From: the human T2T-CHM13v2.0 reference genome, Homo sapiens
Assembly: GCF_009914755.1 (NCBI RefSeq)
Contig: NC_060939.1
DNA: 64,000 nucleotides
Reading direction: 5' to 3' (one strand)
In this document: piece by piece, positions 16,423 to 36,134 of the stretch
How the letters are laid out: each line of letters opens with the position of its first letter
Numbering within the stretch: the stretch's first letter is position 1
Notes under the pieces: model-generated
Database searches by the model: none
Seen by the model: the letters and a program-made list of their open reading frames with translations, nothing else
What the model was told of the DNA's origin: nothing
Position numbers and translations under genes: made by a program

Positions 16423-16679
16423 TAATTGACCTGAAACCAGTTATGAGGAGGCAAGTATTATGGAAAAATATTTTTCATTCCTGCAAGGTCATGTGGAGAG
16501 TGTTTTAAATAGCAAAGTCAAGTACTTATTCACCAGAATCCAGTTTGATCACTTGCTGTCTAATTAGTCTTTTGTGTTAAATCTTTCAGTTTGGTTGAGG
16601 GACAACAGGGTAGTTTTCGACAAATCATATTAAAACCAAGTAGTTTTAACATTTGAGTTCCCTACATCTTTATTACCGT

Positions 16680-17450
16680 TACCTCAGTTTAGTCCTCATT
16701 ATCTCTTGTCAGGGTTACTACTGTAATCTCCCACTGATCACTTTCTTTAGTCTCTTATTAAGTCTGTACTAATATCTGAATAATCATTTAAAAATACAAG
16801 TCTGGTCAGATAATTTTCTTGCTTCCAGTTTCTTCAAAGCTCCCAATCGCCTTAGAATAAAACCAGGCTTTCTTAGCATGGAATACAAGGATCTTAGTGA
16901 TCTAGTCATGGCCTGACTTTTCAGTCCTGTTTCCTTACAACTTCCCCCAAATGACTTGTGGGTCCCTGAAAACTCTGCAGTTTTGCTTTTCACCCTTGCT
17001 TTTAATGTTTCTCTGCTTGGCGTGTTATTGTATTACTGACTAGCTCCTATCCATGCTTTAAGACACAATTTAAATTTTAGAAACTTTTAATTATGGATAT
17101 TGTCCAAACATACACAGAAGTAGAGAGAATAATATAATAAACCCCATGCATCCATCACCCAACTTTAGAGTATCATTTTGCAAATTTTTCAACCATGATT
17201 TTTTTTCCAACTCAGTCTTCACTGGAGTCCTCCATGACCTCTCTAAGCAAAGTGAGCCACTCTTTTCCTGTGTTCTCTTTAGCACCTTGACCATCCTGCT
17301 ATTAGAATGCCTGCAAATATAATTCCTCATTTACCTGTCTCTCCCTCTACAATGTGAATCCTTTAGGGTAGGTACCAAGCTCTTTTCACCTGTTCTCTAT
17401 GCCTAGCATAGATGCCAACACATCATAGGTGTTAAATATATGTGAATGAA
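16680..17450 (+). mobile_element. L2 fragments (short L1ME piece at ~17080-17190)
   Basis: L2-like ctcccaatcgccttagaataaaacc and 3' end cctagcatag..cataggtgttaaatatatgtgaatgaa. Confidence 0.6.
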
Positions 17451-17544
17451 AGTAATAACCTCTTATCTTCTTCATCCCCACTTGCTGTCACCCTTTCTTT
17501 CCTTCACAGAAATAGCAAAAAAAAAAAAAAAAAACTTGTTTCCC

Positions 17545-17850
17545 CAAAGAAACCAGATACGACAAAAGAGTGTGTTATGTATGCACATGTGCATTTATTT
17601 TTACTTTTTCAAGAAAGGCAAAACTAGTCTATGGTGATAGAAGTCAGGATAGCAGTACCTTTGGCAGCAGGTGAGATGGAGGCATTGTTCACTGGGGAGA
17701 GATCACGCATGGAGGAGCCTTCTAGGTTCTAGAAATGTTCTATGTTGATCTGGATGGTGGTTAAATATATGTGTGTATAAAATTGTATCAAGTGGTAAAG
17801 TTAAGATATGTGTATAATACTTTGCTGTATATAAGTTACAGCTCATTTTT
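17545..17850 (+). mobile_element. L1ME 3' end fragment
   Basis: aggcaaaactagtctatggtgatagaagtcaggatag motif. Confidence 0.7.
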
Positions 17851-18539
17851 TAAATGTCTGTTTGTTTTTTAAAGCCTGTTCTCTTCAATTATTGTTTTGT
17901 TTTTTTTTTTTTCACTGCTGGTAACATCATTTTCTTGATTACCCAAATTGCAAAACTGGGAGTTTCTCCAGACTTCTCGCACTCCCTCCTCTGAACTCTG
18001 ATGAATCCATTTTATAAATAGCATTTGATCTTTCCCTTCTTATTCATCCTTAGAACCTCTGCCCCCAGGATATGGACCAGCCTGTGATGGGCCCACTTTG
18101 TGTCAGGTGTCCCCATGGTCTTATGTATTTAGGGAGGACTCATCTGGCTTACTACCCACTTAACAGGAGTTGTGAGTGGGACATGGCTCAAAGGCCTTGT
18201 TTGGGAAGGCAGTGATTCACATCACTTATATACAGTATGTGAGAATTTAAGGCATATCCATTAAGCCATTTTTAGTACCTAGATAAGTGTATCCGTGTAA
18301 ATGAGGTTATGATATTTGAAGTAAAATAACACAATTTTTGCTAACTGTATATTTTATTGCAGCACATCTATGAAGGTGTGCCATTCAATCTCATTGGATA
18401 AATGTTAACTAAAGTTTAAAAGAAACAAGTTTTTATTACATGTAGTGTGGAAACGTGTAGCACAATTTAAGGCAAGGTGCATTTTACCTAAGTATCCCTT
18501 GTCATTCTTCTTCTATTGAAGGAAACGTGGTAAAAATAA

Positions 18540-19001
<462 letters not shown>

Positions 19002-19174
19002 TAATCAGAACAGATACAAGGATGCAACGATCAGAACAGTGAATACTTAAATGTGTGCAGTTCCGGAGTAGAGTTTATTTTCTTATGTAATGACATTTAA
19101 GATCATATTCTTCTGAAAATAAACTCAGTATTTAAGAGAGTTGCATTGTGGAAAATGCAACTCAAAGAGTTATG

Positions 19175-19336
19175 AGCTGGGCACAGTGGCTCTCGCCTGT
19201 AATCCCAGCACTTTAGGAGGCTGAGGCTGGAGATAGCTTGAGCCCAGGAGTTGGAGGCTGCAGTGAGCTATGACCACGCCACTGCACTCCAGCCTGGGCA
19301 ACAGAGCAAGACCTTGTCTCTTAAAAAAAAAAAAAA
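19175..19336 (+). mobile_element. Alu monomer (FRAM-like)
   Basis: ~160-bp single arm with poly(A). Confidence 0.8.
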
Positions 19337-19483
19337 TGACAGAATGCCAGGAATTTTAGATACAGAATGTAACATTTGTTTACTTTGTATTCTTCATATC
19401 ATTGTTAAATAACACATCTTATAGAAAAAAAAATATAAAAGCTGAGGATTAAATTTCCATGGTAACATCACCTTATTACACTA

Positions 19484-19897
19484 CAGTTGATCCTTCAGGA
19501 TGCAGGGGTTAGGGGCACCAACCCCTTGCGCAGCTGAAAATTCAGGTATAAATTTTGACTCACTGAAACGTAACTAATAGCCTACCGTTGACTGCCTTAC
19601 CAGTAAAATAATTTTTAACACATATTTTCTATGTTACATGTATTACATACTGTATTCTTATGATAAATTAAGATAGAGAAAATAATCATAAGGAAGAGAA
19701 AATACATTTACTTTTTATTAAGTGGAAGTGGATCATCATAAAGGTCTTCATTGTCATCATCTTCATATTGAATAGGCTGAGGAGGAGGAGTAAGAGGAGG
19801 GATTGGTTTTGCTGTCTTATGGGTGGCAGAGGCAGAAGAAAATCTGCCTATACATGGACCTGCACAGTTCAAACCTGTGTTGTTGAAGGGTCACATG
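19484..19897. mobile_element. Tigger2-family element (Tigger2a/MER28-like)
   Basis: TA-cagttgatcctt ... aagggtcacatg-TA termini; aagtggatcatcataaaggtcttca internal motif. Confidence 0.8.
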
Positions 19898-20099
19898 TAA
19901 TTAGTTTTAGATTCCATTTAAGTAAGTTTTAGTGCTAAAATTGTTCAGAGCATAAATATTTGAAAATTTTATGTTGATTTTATGGAACCTGGCACATTCT
20001 TTAGAATCCTGTTACCTCCAAAACTTATTTGTAGGCTATTATTTGCATAAAGGACAATATTTTTCTATGCATGCTTCAATTCTTACTGAATTGATTGCA

Positions 20100-21467
<1,368 letters not shown>

Positions 21468-22618
21468 TGAAATATTTTTATATTTCTTTGTTTTTCACAT
21501 TTCTCTAACCCTTCTGGAATTTATCTTTTTGTATAGGAATTCAATATTTTTTTCATATTGATTACCAGTTGTCCTTATACTAACCTTTCCTACTGATTTG
21601 GAATGCAACCTACAGTTCTTTACCACTGGGCTCCCTACTGATGTTGGATCCCTTCCTGGACCATGTTCTTGTTTGGCAAGAGGAATCCTAGCCCCTCCTT
21701 CCTGCCCATATGATCAGAAGTTGCTTTTTCTCCTCTGGGTTTCTTTAGGAGTAGTTATAGATTTATGCTGCTTTGGCTTTGCTTCTCTTCCAGGTTTGGA
21801 AATGGGTCATTTTAAACTTTTTCTCAGGAATATACTTGGTGGAGGTTGGGGTAGAGAGGAGCAGGCAGGCTCAAGCTACAGATTTTATATGTTGAACTGG
21901 TTTGGAATGAGTCTTTTAAATTATTTTTGTTACTTATTAAAAAAAATTGACTATTCATGAATTATAAGTTGTATAAAAAATTTTGTGGGTTTTGTTTTAA
22001 TGGGTTTTGTTTAAAAATATAGATGTTTTATTGGATTCTATTTTAATTTGGGTTAAGAAACCCTGAACCTTGGGTTGCTTAAATTTCTGCAATAATAAAC
22101 TTGCATCCTCTTCTCTAGCCAAACTAAATTACATTCTATTCCTTGTTCATGCCATGTTCCTCTAGTCCTCTGTACCTTTGCATTTGCTGTCCTCACAAGT
22201 GACCTTTTTTTTTCCTTATCTGCTTGGGAAACATGTACATGTTTCTGTTTATCTTCTTCACTAGTCTGTGAGCTCTTACTATGTCTTATTTATCTTTTAA
22301 TCCCATTAACTGTGCACAGCACCTAAAATGTAGTCAGTGCCCTGTAAATGTTTATGTGCAACCTTAGATTCACTATGTTTGTGATGTTCTTCATGTATAA
22401 AAGTTTTAAACCTTTTCTATAATTTAGTTTGACATTTGGTCAGTGTAAATTTACCAGTTTCACACATGTGGATTGTTATTGGTCAGGCTCTACCATGTGT
22501 ACTCAACCTGTTGGCCCCTAATTTGCTAAATCCACCAAGATTCTTATGAAAACAGTTTTTTGTCCAATTGGCCCGTATGTAGATTTTTCTACGCATCCCT
22601 TTGGCACAAGCTAGTTAG

Positions 22619-22996
<378 letters not shown>

Positions 22997-24447
22997 TGCA
23001 CTTCTCCTTCTTACCCTGGTTATAGTTGGTAGAACATTTCCTGATTACACCCTGATTATTGTAGCTATTGTGATGTCATGCTCTTAGTTTGAAAGGCTCT
23101 CTTCTTTTTATTCCTACTAATGGAGCGGTTGAAGAGGGCACGCCTGCACGTGTGGTCTGCAGAGCACATCCTTTCTGAACTGACAGGAATGGAGATGCCC
23201 CCTGCTTTTTTTTCCTTTTTGTAAACAAATGTTTTCATATTGATTTAGCCATTTTATACAGAAAGCTTCTATAAAATGTTATTATTACTTATTTATGGAA
23301 TAGGCTCCATAAATGAAAGGTTAAAAAAAGCTTTGTTATTTCTTAGAAGATAAAAGCTTTACTTTTTTTGTATCTGATCTTTTATCACATATATTTTCTA
23401 ATAATGGAAGATAGTGAGAACTGAGAAATAGGTTCTGAGTTGTGACCCTTCAATTTTTTAAAAGCTCTGTTATGTTGTCTTGGTTCTGCTTTTAATGTCA
23501 CTTAGTATTGTCTAAACTGTACTGAAATAGCAAGAGGTGGCATTATACCTAACTCAGCTGGTTCACTGTGCTGTTATAATTACTAATACTTATGAAATCT
23601 AAAAATTGAAAGTTTAAAGAGATGCCTGCAGTGCTGATAAAACGTGGCTGAAGTGCCACTAGAAATGAATGCAAGTAGAAGTGCTATATATAATAATTCA
23701 GGAATTAGGTCAGAAATTGTTAACTATAAACAATGTAAATATGCTTGGTTTGCTGAGGATTATAGTTTAATGCAGCCATATATATGTTCATCAACACTAA
23801 GTGCAATCATTTGTAGAACCATTATTACAACTGTAAATCTTTTGGGGGGATAAGTGTAAATGAATGAGTTTTATAAGTCTCATCTCTATACTCAAGAGGC
23901 AAATAACTCTATCAAACTTACAGGACCCTTTGAAGATTAAGAGCAATACAAGTCTGAGAGAAGGTACTTGTATAAATTTGTGTGCTGACATTCTGGCCTT
24001 AGAAAGGATTTTTAAATCACCAAAGAAAAGATCAACATATATTAACTACGTAAAAGTAGAAAACTTTGGTATATCAAATAAAATCCATAGCCAACTAAAA
24101 AAAATTAAAGTCTTGGAGTGAAAAGGCCTTGTTAAATAAGATAGAAATGCTCAGAATCTGTAAAAGAAAAGATTGATAAAGCTTGCTACATAAAAAAATT
24201 CAAAACTTTCTGCATGGAAAAAATACCATAAAGTTTTAAAAAAAGACAAATCAACTCAAGACTAAGTGTTCATTTCCTGTGTATATAAAGGATATCTACA
24301 ATTAATAAGATAAATTATAACCCAATTAAAAATGGGCAAAGGATATAAACAGACTGTCCACAGAAGTGGAAACTATGTATATATAACTTAAATAAAAATA
24401 TATCACATATACATTTTTGCTTGCACATGCATAGGGTACATCTAGAA

Positions 24448-24638
24448 CAAGATTGTCCAACATGTGGGCCAGGATGGCTTTGAAAGCAGCCTAACACAAA
24501 TTTGCAAACTTTCTCAAATTATGAGATTTTTTTTTTAAAGCTCATCAGCTATCGTTAATGTTAGTGTATTTTATGTGTGGCCCAAGACAATTCTTCTTCC
24601 AAGGTGGCCCAGGGAAGCCAAAAGATTGGATACCCCTG
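24448..24638. mobile_element. MER30 hAT MITE
   Basis: aaagctcatcagctatcgtta..ggcccaagacaattcttcttcca..ggaagccaaaagattggatacccctg; 8-bp TSD-like atctagaa / atctggag. Confidence 0.85.
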
Positions 24639-25826
24639 ATCTGGAGGCTTTATAAGAATTTGGTAAAATTTCAGTGGTTATCCCTAGGGAGGGGACCTAG
24701 GTGGCTGGAGGACAGAAATGAGAAGAGGATTTACTTTCTAAAATATTTTTTACCTTTTGATTCTGTACATATGTATTAAATATTAAATAGACACTATATA
24801 TGGGTACACATGTATGTGTACATGTACGTACACATATATAGTGTTTTATGTGTATATATGTATTTTTAATGTTAAAAACCTAGAAACAATCTTTAGAGCA
24901 CAGAATGACAAATTTTTGTTTTAACAAAGAGCTCACACAAATTAAAAGCAGCAACTTATAAATAAGTAAGCAAATGAACAAACAGTTCACAAAAAGAATG
25001 AATAAACAGACATACAGAAGTATGTTCAATCTCAGTAGCAATCAGAATGAAGCTTGGACATAACCTTCTCAGAAAGCCATTTCCAAGTACCTAGGGTCAT
25101 GAATGGCTTTTATGAATCCTGTCTGTATAAACGAGGTGGATGCTAAGGTCAAGGTTAGCGCCATTTTTGGTGCATCCCTACAGCATCTTGTATTTGCTGT
25201 GTTGTGGCACTTAATCATAATCAGTGGCTTTTGTTGGTTGGTTGTTCTTCTTGTTTTCTGTCTTCAGCTCTAAACTACAAGCTCTCTGAGGTCAGAGATT
25301 ATGTCTTCTGTTATTTTTTCCAAGTCTGCCATCACATCTGGCATCTGTTTGTTGAATGAATAAATGAATAGAGTAAATAGATAGTAATCAAAGGCATAGA
25401 AATTAAAGTAAAATATTTTGGTTTATTTAATAAGGGAAATTAAATTTTAATATATTGTGTGTTGATAAAAATGTAATGAAGTTAGTATGTTCATTTACTG
25501 CTGGTGACATAGCACACTGTTTTTCTAAAATGTTTTCTTCATCTGCCAGTATATATATCAAGACTACCCTCTACCGCAGCACAGTTTCTTTTTTTTTTTT
25601 TCTTTTTTAATTTTTTTTTTAATTATACTTTAAGTTTTAGGGTATATGTGCACATTGTGCAGGTTAGTTACATATGTATACATGTGCCATGCTGGTGAGC
25701 TGCACCCACTAACTCGTCATCTAGCATTAGGTATATCTCCCAATGCTATCCCTCCCCCCTCCCCCCACCCCACAACAGTGCCCAGAGTGTGATATTCCCC
25801 TTCCTGTGTCCAGGTGATCTCATTGT

Positions 25827-29669
<3,843 letters not shown>

Positions 29670-29717
29670 TTATTTTGCTCGTTAGTTGATGCAGTTTCTT
29701 CCTAGTCTCAATGGTCT

Positions 29718-30734
29718 TTACATTTTGGCATGATTTTGCAGCAGCTGGTACCGGTTGTTCCTTTCCATGTTTAGTGCTTCCTTCAGGAGCTCTTGTAAGG
29801 CAGGCCTGGTGGTGACAAAATCTCTCAGCATTTGCTTGTCTGTAAAGTATTTAATTTCTCCTTCACTTATGAAGCTTAGTTTGGCTGGATATGAAATTCT
29901 GGGTTGAAAATTCTTTTCTTTAAGAATGTTGAATATTGGCCCCCACTCTCTTCTGGCTTGTAGGGTTTCTGCCGAGAGATCCGCTGTTAGTCTGATGGGC
30001 TTCCCTTTGAGGGTAACCCGACCTTTCTCTCTGGCTGCCCTTAACATTTTTTCCTTTATTTCAACTTTGGTGAATCTGACAATTATGTGCCTTGGAGTTG
30101 CTCTTCTCGAGGAGTATCTTTGTGGCGTTCTCTGTATTTCCTGAATCTGAACGTTGGCCTGCCTTGCTAGATTGGGGAAGTTCTCCTGGATAATATCCTA
30201 CAGAGTGTTTTCCAACTTGGTTCCATTCTCCCCATCACTTTCAGGTACACCAATCAGACGTAGATTTGGTCTTTTCACATAGTCCCATATTTCTTGGAGG
30301 CTTTGCTCATTTCTTTTTATTCTTTTTTCTCTAAACTTCCCTTCTCGCTTCATTTCATTCATTTCATCTTCCATTGCTGATACCCTTTCTTCCAGTTGAT
30401 CGCATCGGCTCCTGAGGCTTCTGCATTCTTCACATAGTTCTTGAGCCTTGGTTTTCAGCTCCATCAGCTCCTTTAAGCACTTCTCTGTATTGGTTATTCT
30501 AGTTATACACTCTTCTAAATTTTTTTCAAAGTTTTCAACTTCTTTGCCTTTGGTTTGAATGTCCTCCCGTAGCTCAGAGTAATTTGATCGTCTGAAGCCT
30601 TCTTCTCTCAGCTCGTCAAAGTCATTCTCCATCCAGCTTTGTTCCGTTGCTGGTGAGGAACTGGGTTCCTTTGGAGGAGGAGAGGCGCTCTGCGTTTTAG
30701 AGTTTCCAGTTTTTCTGTTCTGTTTTTTCCCCAT
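29718..30734 (-). pseudogene. L1 ORF1p reading frame (338 codons) with one nonsense codon at 30198-30200
   Basis: MGKKQNRK...QNHAKM; 1017 nt, no frameshift; CAG>TAG at codon 179. Confidence 0.95.
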
Positions 30735-31639
30735 CTTTGTGGTTTTATCTACTTTTTGTCTTTGATGATGGTGATGTACAGATGGGTTTTCGGTGTGGAT
30801 GTCCTTTCTGTTTGTTAGTTTTCCTTCTAACAAACAGGACCCTCAGCTGCAGGTCTGTTGGAATACCCTGCCTTGTGAGGTGTCAGTGTGCCCCTGCTGG
30901 GGGGTGCCTCCCAGTTAGGCTGCTCGGGGGTCAGGGGTCAGGGACCCACTTGAGGAGGCAGTCTGCCGGTTCTCAGATCTCCAGCTGCGTGCTGGGAGAA
31001 CCACTGCTCTCTTCAAAGCTGTCAGACAGGGACATTTAAGTCTGCAGAGGTTACTGCTGTCTTTTTGTTTGTCTGTGCCCTGCCCCCAGAGGTGAAGCCT
31101 ACAGTGGCAGGCAGGCCTCCTTGAACTGTGGTGGGCTCCACCCAGTTCGAGCTTCCTGGCTGCTTTGTTTACCTAAGCAAGCCTGGGCAATGGCGGGCGC
31201 CCCTCCCCCAGCCTCGCTGCTGCCTTGCAGTTTGATCTCAGACTGCTGTGCTAGCAATCAGCGAGACTCCGTGGGGTAGGACCCTCCGAGCCAGGTGTGG
31301 GATATAGTCTCGTGGTGCGCCGTTTTTTAAGCCGGTCTGAAAAGCGCAATATTCGGGTGGGAGTGACCCGATTTTCCAGGTGCGTCCGTCACCCCTTTCT
31401 TTGACTCGGAAAGGGAACTCCCTGACCCCTTGCGCTTCCCAGGTGAGGCAATGCCTCGCCCTGCTTCGGCTCGCGCACGGTGCGCGCACCCACTGGCCTG
31501 CGCCCACTGTCTGGCACTCCCTAGTGAGATGAACCCGGTACCTCAGATGGAAATGCAGAAATCACCCGTCTTCTGCGTCGCTCACGCTGGGAGCTGTAGA
31601 CCGGAGCTGTTCCTATTCGGCCATCTTGGCTCCTCCCCC
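30735..31639. promoter_or_regulatory. L1 5'UTR: CpG-rich bidirectional promoter (sense on -, antisense promoter on +), YY1 site, truncated ORF0 at 31190-31279
   Basis: CAAGATGGCC YY1 motif at the 5' end; many CpGs retained; ORF0 MAGAPPPASL... ends early at GTG GGG TAG. Confidence 0.85.
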
Positions 31640-32098
31640 GCCACAGCACAGTTTCTAACCTTTGACCCAATTCTATTTCTCCAAATCTGTCTTAAGATAA
31701 TTTAAGATACAAAAAAAAGTATACATTTAAAAATGTCTGTCACAATGTTATTCCTAATAGGGATAAAGTGGAAGTATTCATAATGGGCAACATTAAAGTA
31801 ATGGTTTTTACAAATCGTTGGTTCTATATGATAGGCATTAAAAATTATAATCCTAACAAAAAGGTAGCAGTTTGAAAAAAACGCTTGTGCTAAAATAATG
31901 TTAAGACAGCAAAATTCAGAATATAAGTATACTTTAATAACAATGATAAAATATAAAGAAAGACTAGAAGAAAATACTTTAAAAGGAGAAAACAGGAAGG
32001 TATATTTATCTGCTGTAATTGGCATAAGTTTAAGTACAGTGGCTAAGACTCCTTTCTCAAAAGTGCTCTAATGGGCACTACTGCCTTTAACACTCTGA

Positions 32099-32397
32099 TT
32101 TTTTTTTTTTTTTTTTGAGACAAGGTCTCACTCTGTTGCCCTGTTGCCCAGGCTGGAGTGCAGTGATGCCATCATGGCTTACTGCAGCCTCAACCTCCTG
32201 TACTCAAGTGATCCTCCTGCCTCACCTTACAGAGTAGCTGAGACTATAGGCATGCACCACAATGCCTGGCTAATGTTTTGTAGAGATTGGGTGTCTCTCT
32301 GTTGCCCAGGCTAGTCTCAAACTCCTGCATCAAGCAACCCTCCCACCTTGGCCTCCCAAAGTGCTGGGATTACAGGCATGAGCCACCATGCCTAGCC
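32099..32397 (-). mobile_element. AluJ
   Basis: Diverged antisense Alu; ctgcagcctcaacctcc. Confidence 0.87.
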
Positions 32398-32639
32398 AGA
32401 TTTCTTTTTCTTTAGATATATTTAATACATCCAAATAACTTATTGTATTATCTTTTATCTTTTGGTAGGAGTCTGGGAGATTTCTCCAACAGAACAATCA
32501 TATGATTATTTTTAAAATAAAAATGTTTACATATTCCAGCAAACATAATATCCATATTCTTACGGGTTGCTGCAGTTATTGTATTGGTGATGTTGCTTAC
32601 AAATTTTCAAGGTATTTTGGCAGACAACTCTTGTGGGCT

Positions 32640-33036
32640 TTTAGGGCCTGAATTGTGTCTCTGCCCATATTCATATGTTGAAGCCCTAGCCCACAAAGTG
32701 ATGGTGTTTGGAAGTGGGGGCCTTTGGGAGGTAATTAGGTTTAGGTGAAGTCATGAGAGTGGAGCCTGTGATGAGATTAGTGCTTTTATAAGAACAGGAA
32801 GAGAGAGAAATCTCTCTCCCTTCTCTTGGTGCATGCACTGAAGAAAGGCCATGTGTGAGCACACAGCAAGAAGGCAGCTGTCTACAAGCCAGGAAGCAAG
32901 CCGTCACCAGACACTGAACCTGCCAGTATCCTGATCTCAGAACTCCCAGCTTCCAGAAATGTGAGAAATGAAATATCTGTTGTTTAAGCCACCCTGTCTC
33001 TGGTATTTGTTATGGCAGCTTCAACTGACTAAGATA
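32640..33036 (+). mobile_element. MLT1A/B-type MaLR solo LTR
   Basis: tgaattgtgtc..ttcatatgttgaagcccta ... ttgttatggcagc..gactaagata. Confidence 0.82.
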
Positions 33037-33118
33037 TGGGCTAACTTTTATGAATATAGGATGTGTTGAAGGCACATGATAGCTACTTTTATATTTTGCG
33101 CATAATCCATTTTACTAA

Positions 33119-33452
<334 letters not shown>

Positions 33453-33813
33453 TCTAGCTTTTAACTATTAATAAAATTAAGGTTCTGATTGTTAGTGTTC
33501 TAAGCATCTGGGGGTTTTAGAAAGATACTCGCCACCAGCCTGAAAATAACCCACCAAGAACTTTTATGATCTTCAAAAGTCTAGAACAAGAGAAACAAAT
33601 TTCACACAGAGTTAAATGGTAAAAATCAAAGCCAAGGTATGGAAAGATCTCCCAAGGAGATAAGATTGCTCCCAGGCTGAGTCCTGAGAAGTAAATTGAG
33701 ATAAGTCTGCAGAACCTTGGAGGTTGTATTGATGAATGCGGTACTCCATGCTATGAAGTAAGACAGCATTCTGGGCCAAGTCTTACTCAAAGAGAGGTGC
33801 TATAAAGCTATAA

Positions 33814-34093
<280 letters not shown>

Positions 34094-34369
34094 ATGTAAA
34101 GGATTTTTATATGCTCCAAAGTTGGAGTATTTTGTAAAACACTCCATCGATTTCATTCATCCCAAAATGTGTACTGGGGAAGGTGAGGAGGGAGTTGAGA
34201 GAACCTCACTAGGACACAGGCTTGTTCTGTGTCCACAGACCCCTGTCTTAAGAGGTTTCAGGTCCTAGAATGTCTTTATGATTTCTTGGCTGTTTATGAT
34301 CTTCAAGTCTTTTATTTAGCAATTAGGTATGCAAGTGTTTATATACTTCACCCTTCCCACTTCTTTGTA

Positions 34370-35230
34370 GGTCATATAAAAGATTTAGTCTTTAGCTTGA
34401 GAGAAATAGGAAGCTATTGAAGAATTCTAAGCAAGGGAGTGACAGAGTCAGTTACGTTTTTACATAAAAAAGGTATCTCTCAAACAAAGAAAAAAAATTT
34501 TTTTAAAAGGTATCTCTCACAGTGTTGTGGAGAAGAGGAAGAGTGGGCAAGAAGATACATGAAGCCTACTTAGGAGGCTGTTTTAGTAAATAAAGAAGAT
34601 GACAGCTTGGACTACAATGGAATAGATTTATTTAAAAGATATTTAAGAGCAAAAACCAATCGGACTTAGTGGTGTTTTAGAAGTGAGGGGGGGAAAGAGA
34701 AGTGAAGGAAAACTTTGAAGTTTCTGGTTTATGCAACTCAACTGAAGGTAGCCTCATTTACTGAAGTTAGGGACTTTAGAGACGAGCCAGGCCTGGCAGC
34801 AGGCATGTGTGATGACCACCGCCCTGGTGTCAGACAGTTTGAATTGGAGGTGTTTTTGAGACACTCAAGCAGGGATGTCAGTTCCACTTGTCCTCATTTA
34901 CTATTTAACAATTAGCCCTTCTGGTTCTTTGAAGGTCAGAGAAGGCTGTGCTAGAGATATGATTTGGGACTCACAGATATTTAAATAGCAATTGAAACTG
35001 TGGATCTGGTGACCATAGCCTGGGGGAGGGTAAAAGAATGAACAAGGGAAAGAGGAGGTTGAAGAGAATAAGATCAGAGTAGGCAAAGAAGGAACTGCCA
35101 CATGTAGGAGGAAAACTAGGAAAGGGTGTGATCATAAAAGCCAAGACAAATGTTTCACAAAGGAAGCAGTGGTTAACTATGTTGAATATTGCCGATGCTG
35201 ATAAAACATTTAGATAAAAAACCAATTTGT
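34370..35230 (-). mobile_element. L2 fragment
   Basis: taagcaagggagtgaca, ggaggctgtt, tttgagacactcaag and gatttgggactca motifs. Confidence 0.65.
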
Positions 35231-35349
35231 TAATTGCTATGTTAAATGAGGAGATGTGGAGTTTTTAAAATGGCATAGCAATTAGATAGGGAAATTTGGA
35301 TAATGAGCAGTTAAAGAAATGAATTACGTTTGCTATTATACTTCTTAAG

Positions 35350-35895
35350 CTGAGTATTAAACTCTTTGTGTTGCAAATAACAGAAACCCAACTCAGGTTC
35401 TTTTAAACAAAGTAAATAACTTATTCCTTCATGGATTTGAAATATCCAGGATAGGAGTGGCCTCCAGCACAACTGAGTCAGGGGCTTAACCAATATTGTT
35501 AGCTGTGTCTCTCCCTGTCTCTGCCTCTGCCTCTCAGCTCCGTTTTCCTCTGGAAGGATCTCTCTGGTGGTTCCTGGCCACATCAGGCTTTTCTGATCCT
35601 TACAATAAATAACCCTAATGGAAAGAGAGCTCCTCCTTCCTAGTTCTAGCAGGAGTCCCAGGATTTACTTAAATTTTACTAATTTAAATCACATCCTTTT
35701 TCATAACCTAATTACTTTGGTCAGAAGTAATTAGATATGCTGACAGGCCAGGCCTGAATCACCTGCTCACCCCTGGAGGTGGGCCAGGTGAAAAGTAGCC
35801 TTGTCTGAATCACATGGGCTCTGAATAGGGGGAGGGGTGATCTCCCAAAGGAAAACCGAAGAATGCATGCTGGGGATACAAAAACAACAGACAGC
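35350..35895 (-). mobile_element. Old MLT1 (J/K/L-like) LTR
   Basis: ttgcaaataacagaaacccaactca and ggccaggcctgaatcacctgctcacccctgga motifs. Confidence 0.6.
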
Positions 35896-36134
35896 TATTT
35901 TAGCGGTAAAAAGAAGCCTTTGGCCCAATACATTTGAATAACTGCTTCTGCAATATACTTTATAGGTAATCTTTTGACCTAAAGGATGAATGGATGTATT
36001 TGTTGTTATAACTTTAAAAGAGCTACAGGGTCTGATTTTTAAGACTAAAGAAAGGTTGTAATTATTTTTGCTGCATGTGCTGCTACCGTGGGGCTGAATA
36101 CTAACTAATCTTAAAGACACATTGAGGCCAAAAC

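Noticed and set aside
23117-23170. Small CpG cluster with CACGTG E-box and MYB-like CGGTTG
   Set aside because: Short motifs are expected by chance; an enhancer cannot be supported without chromatin or conservation data.
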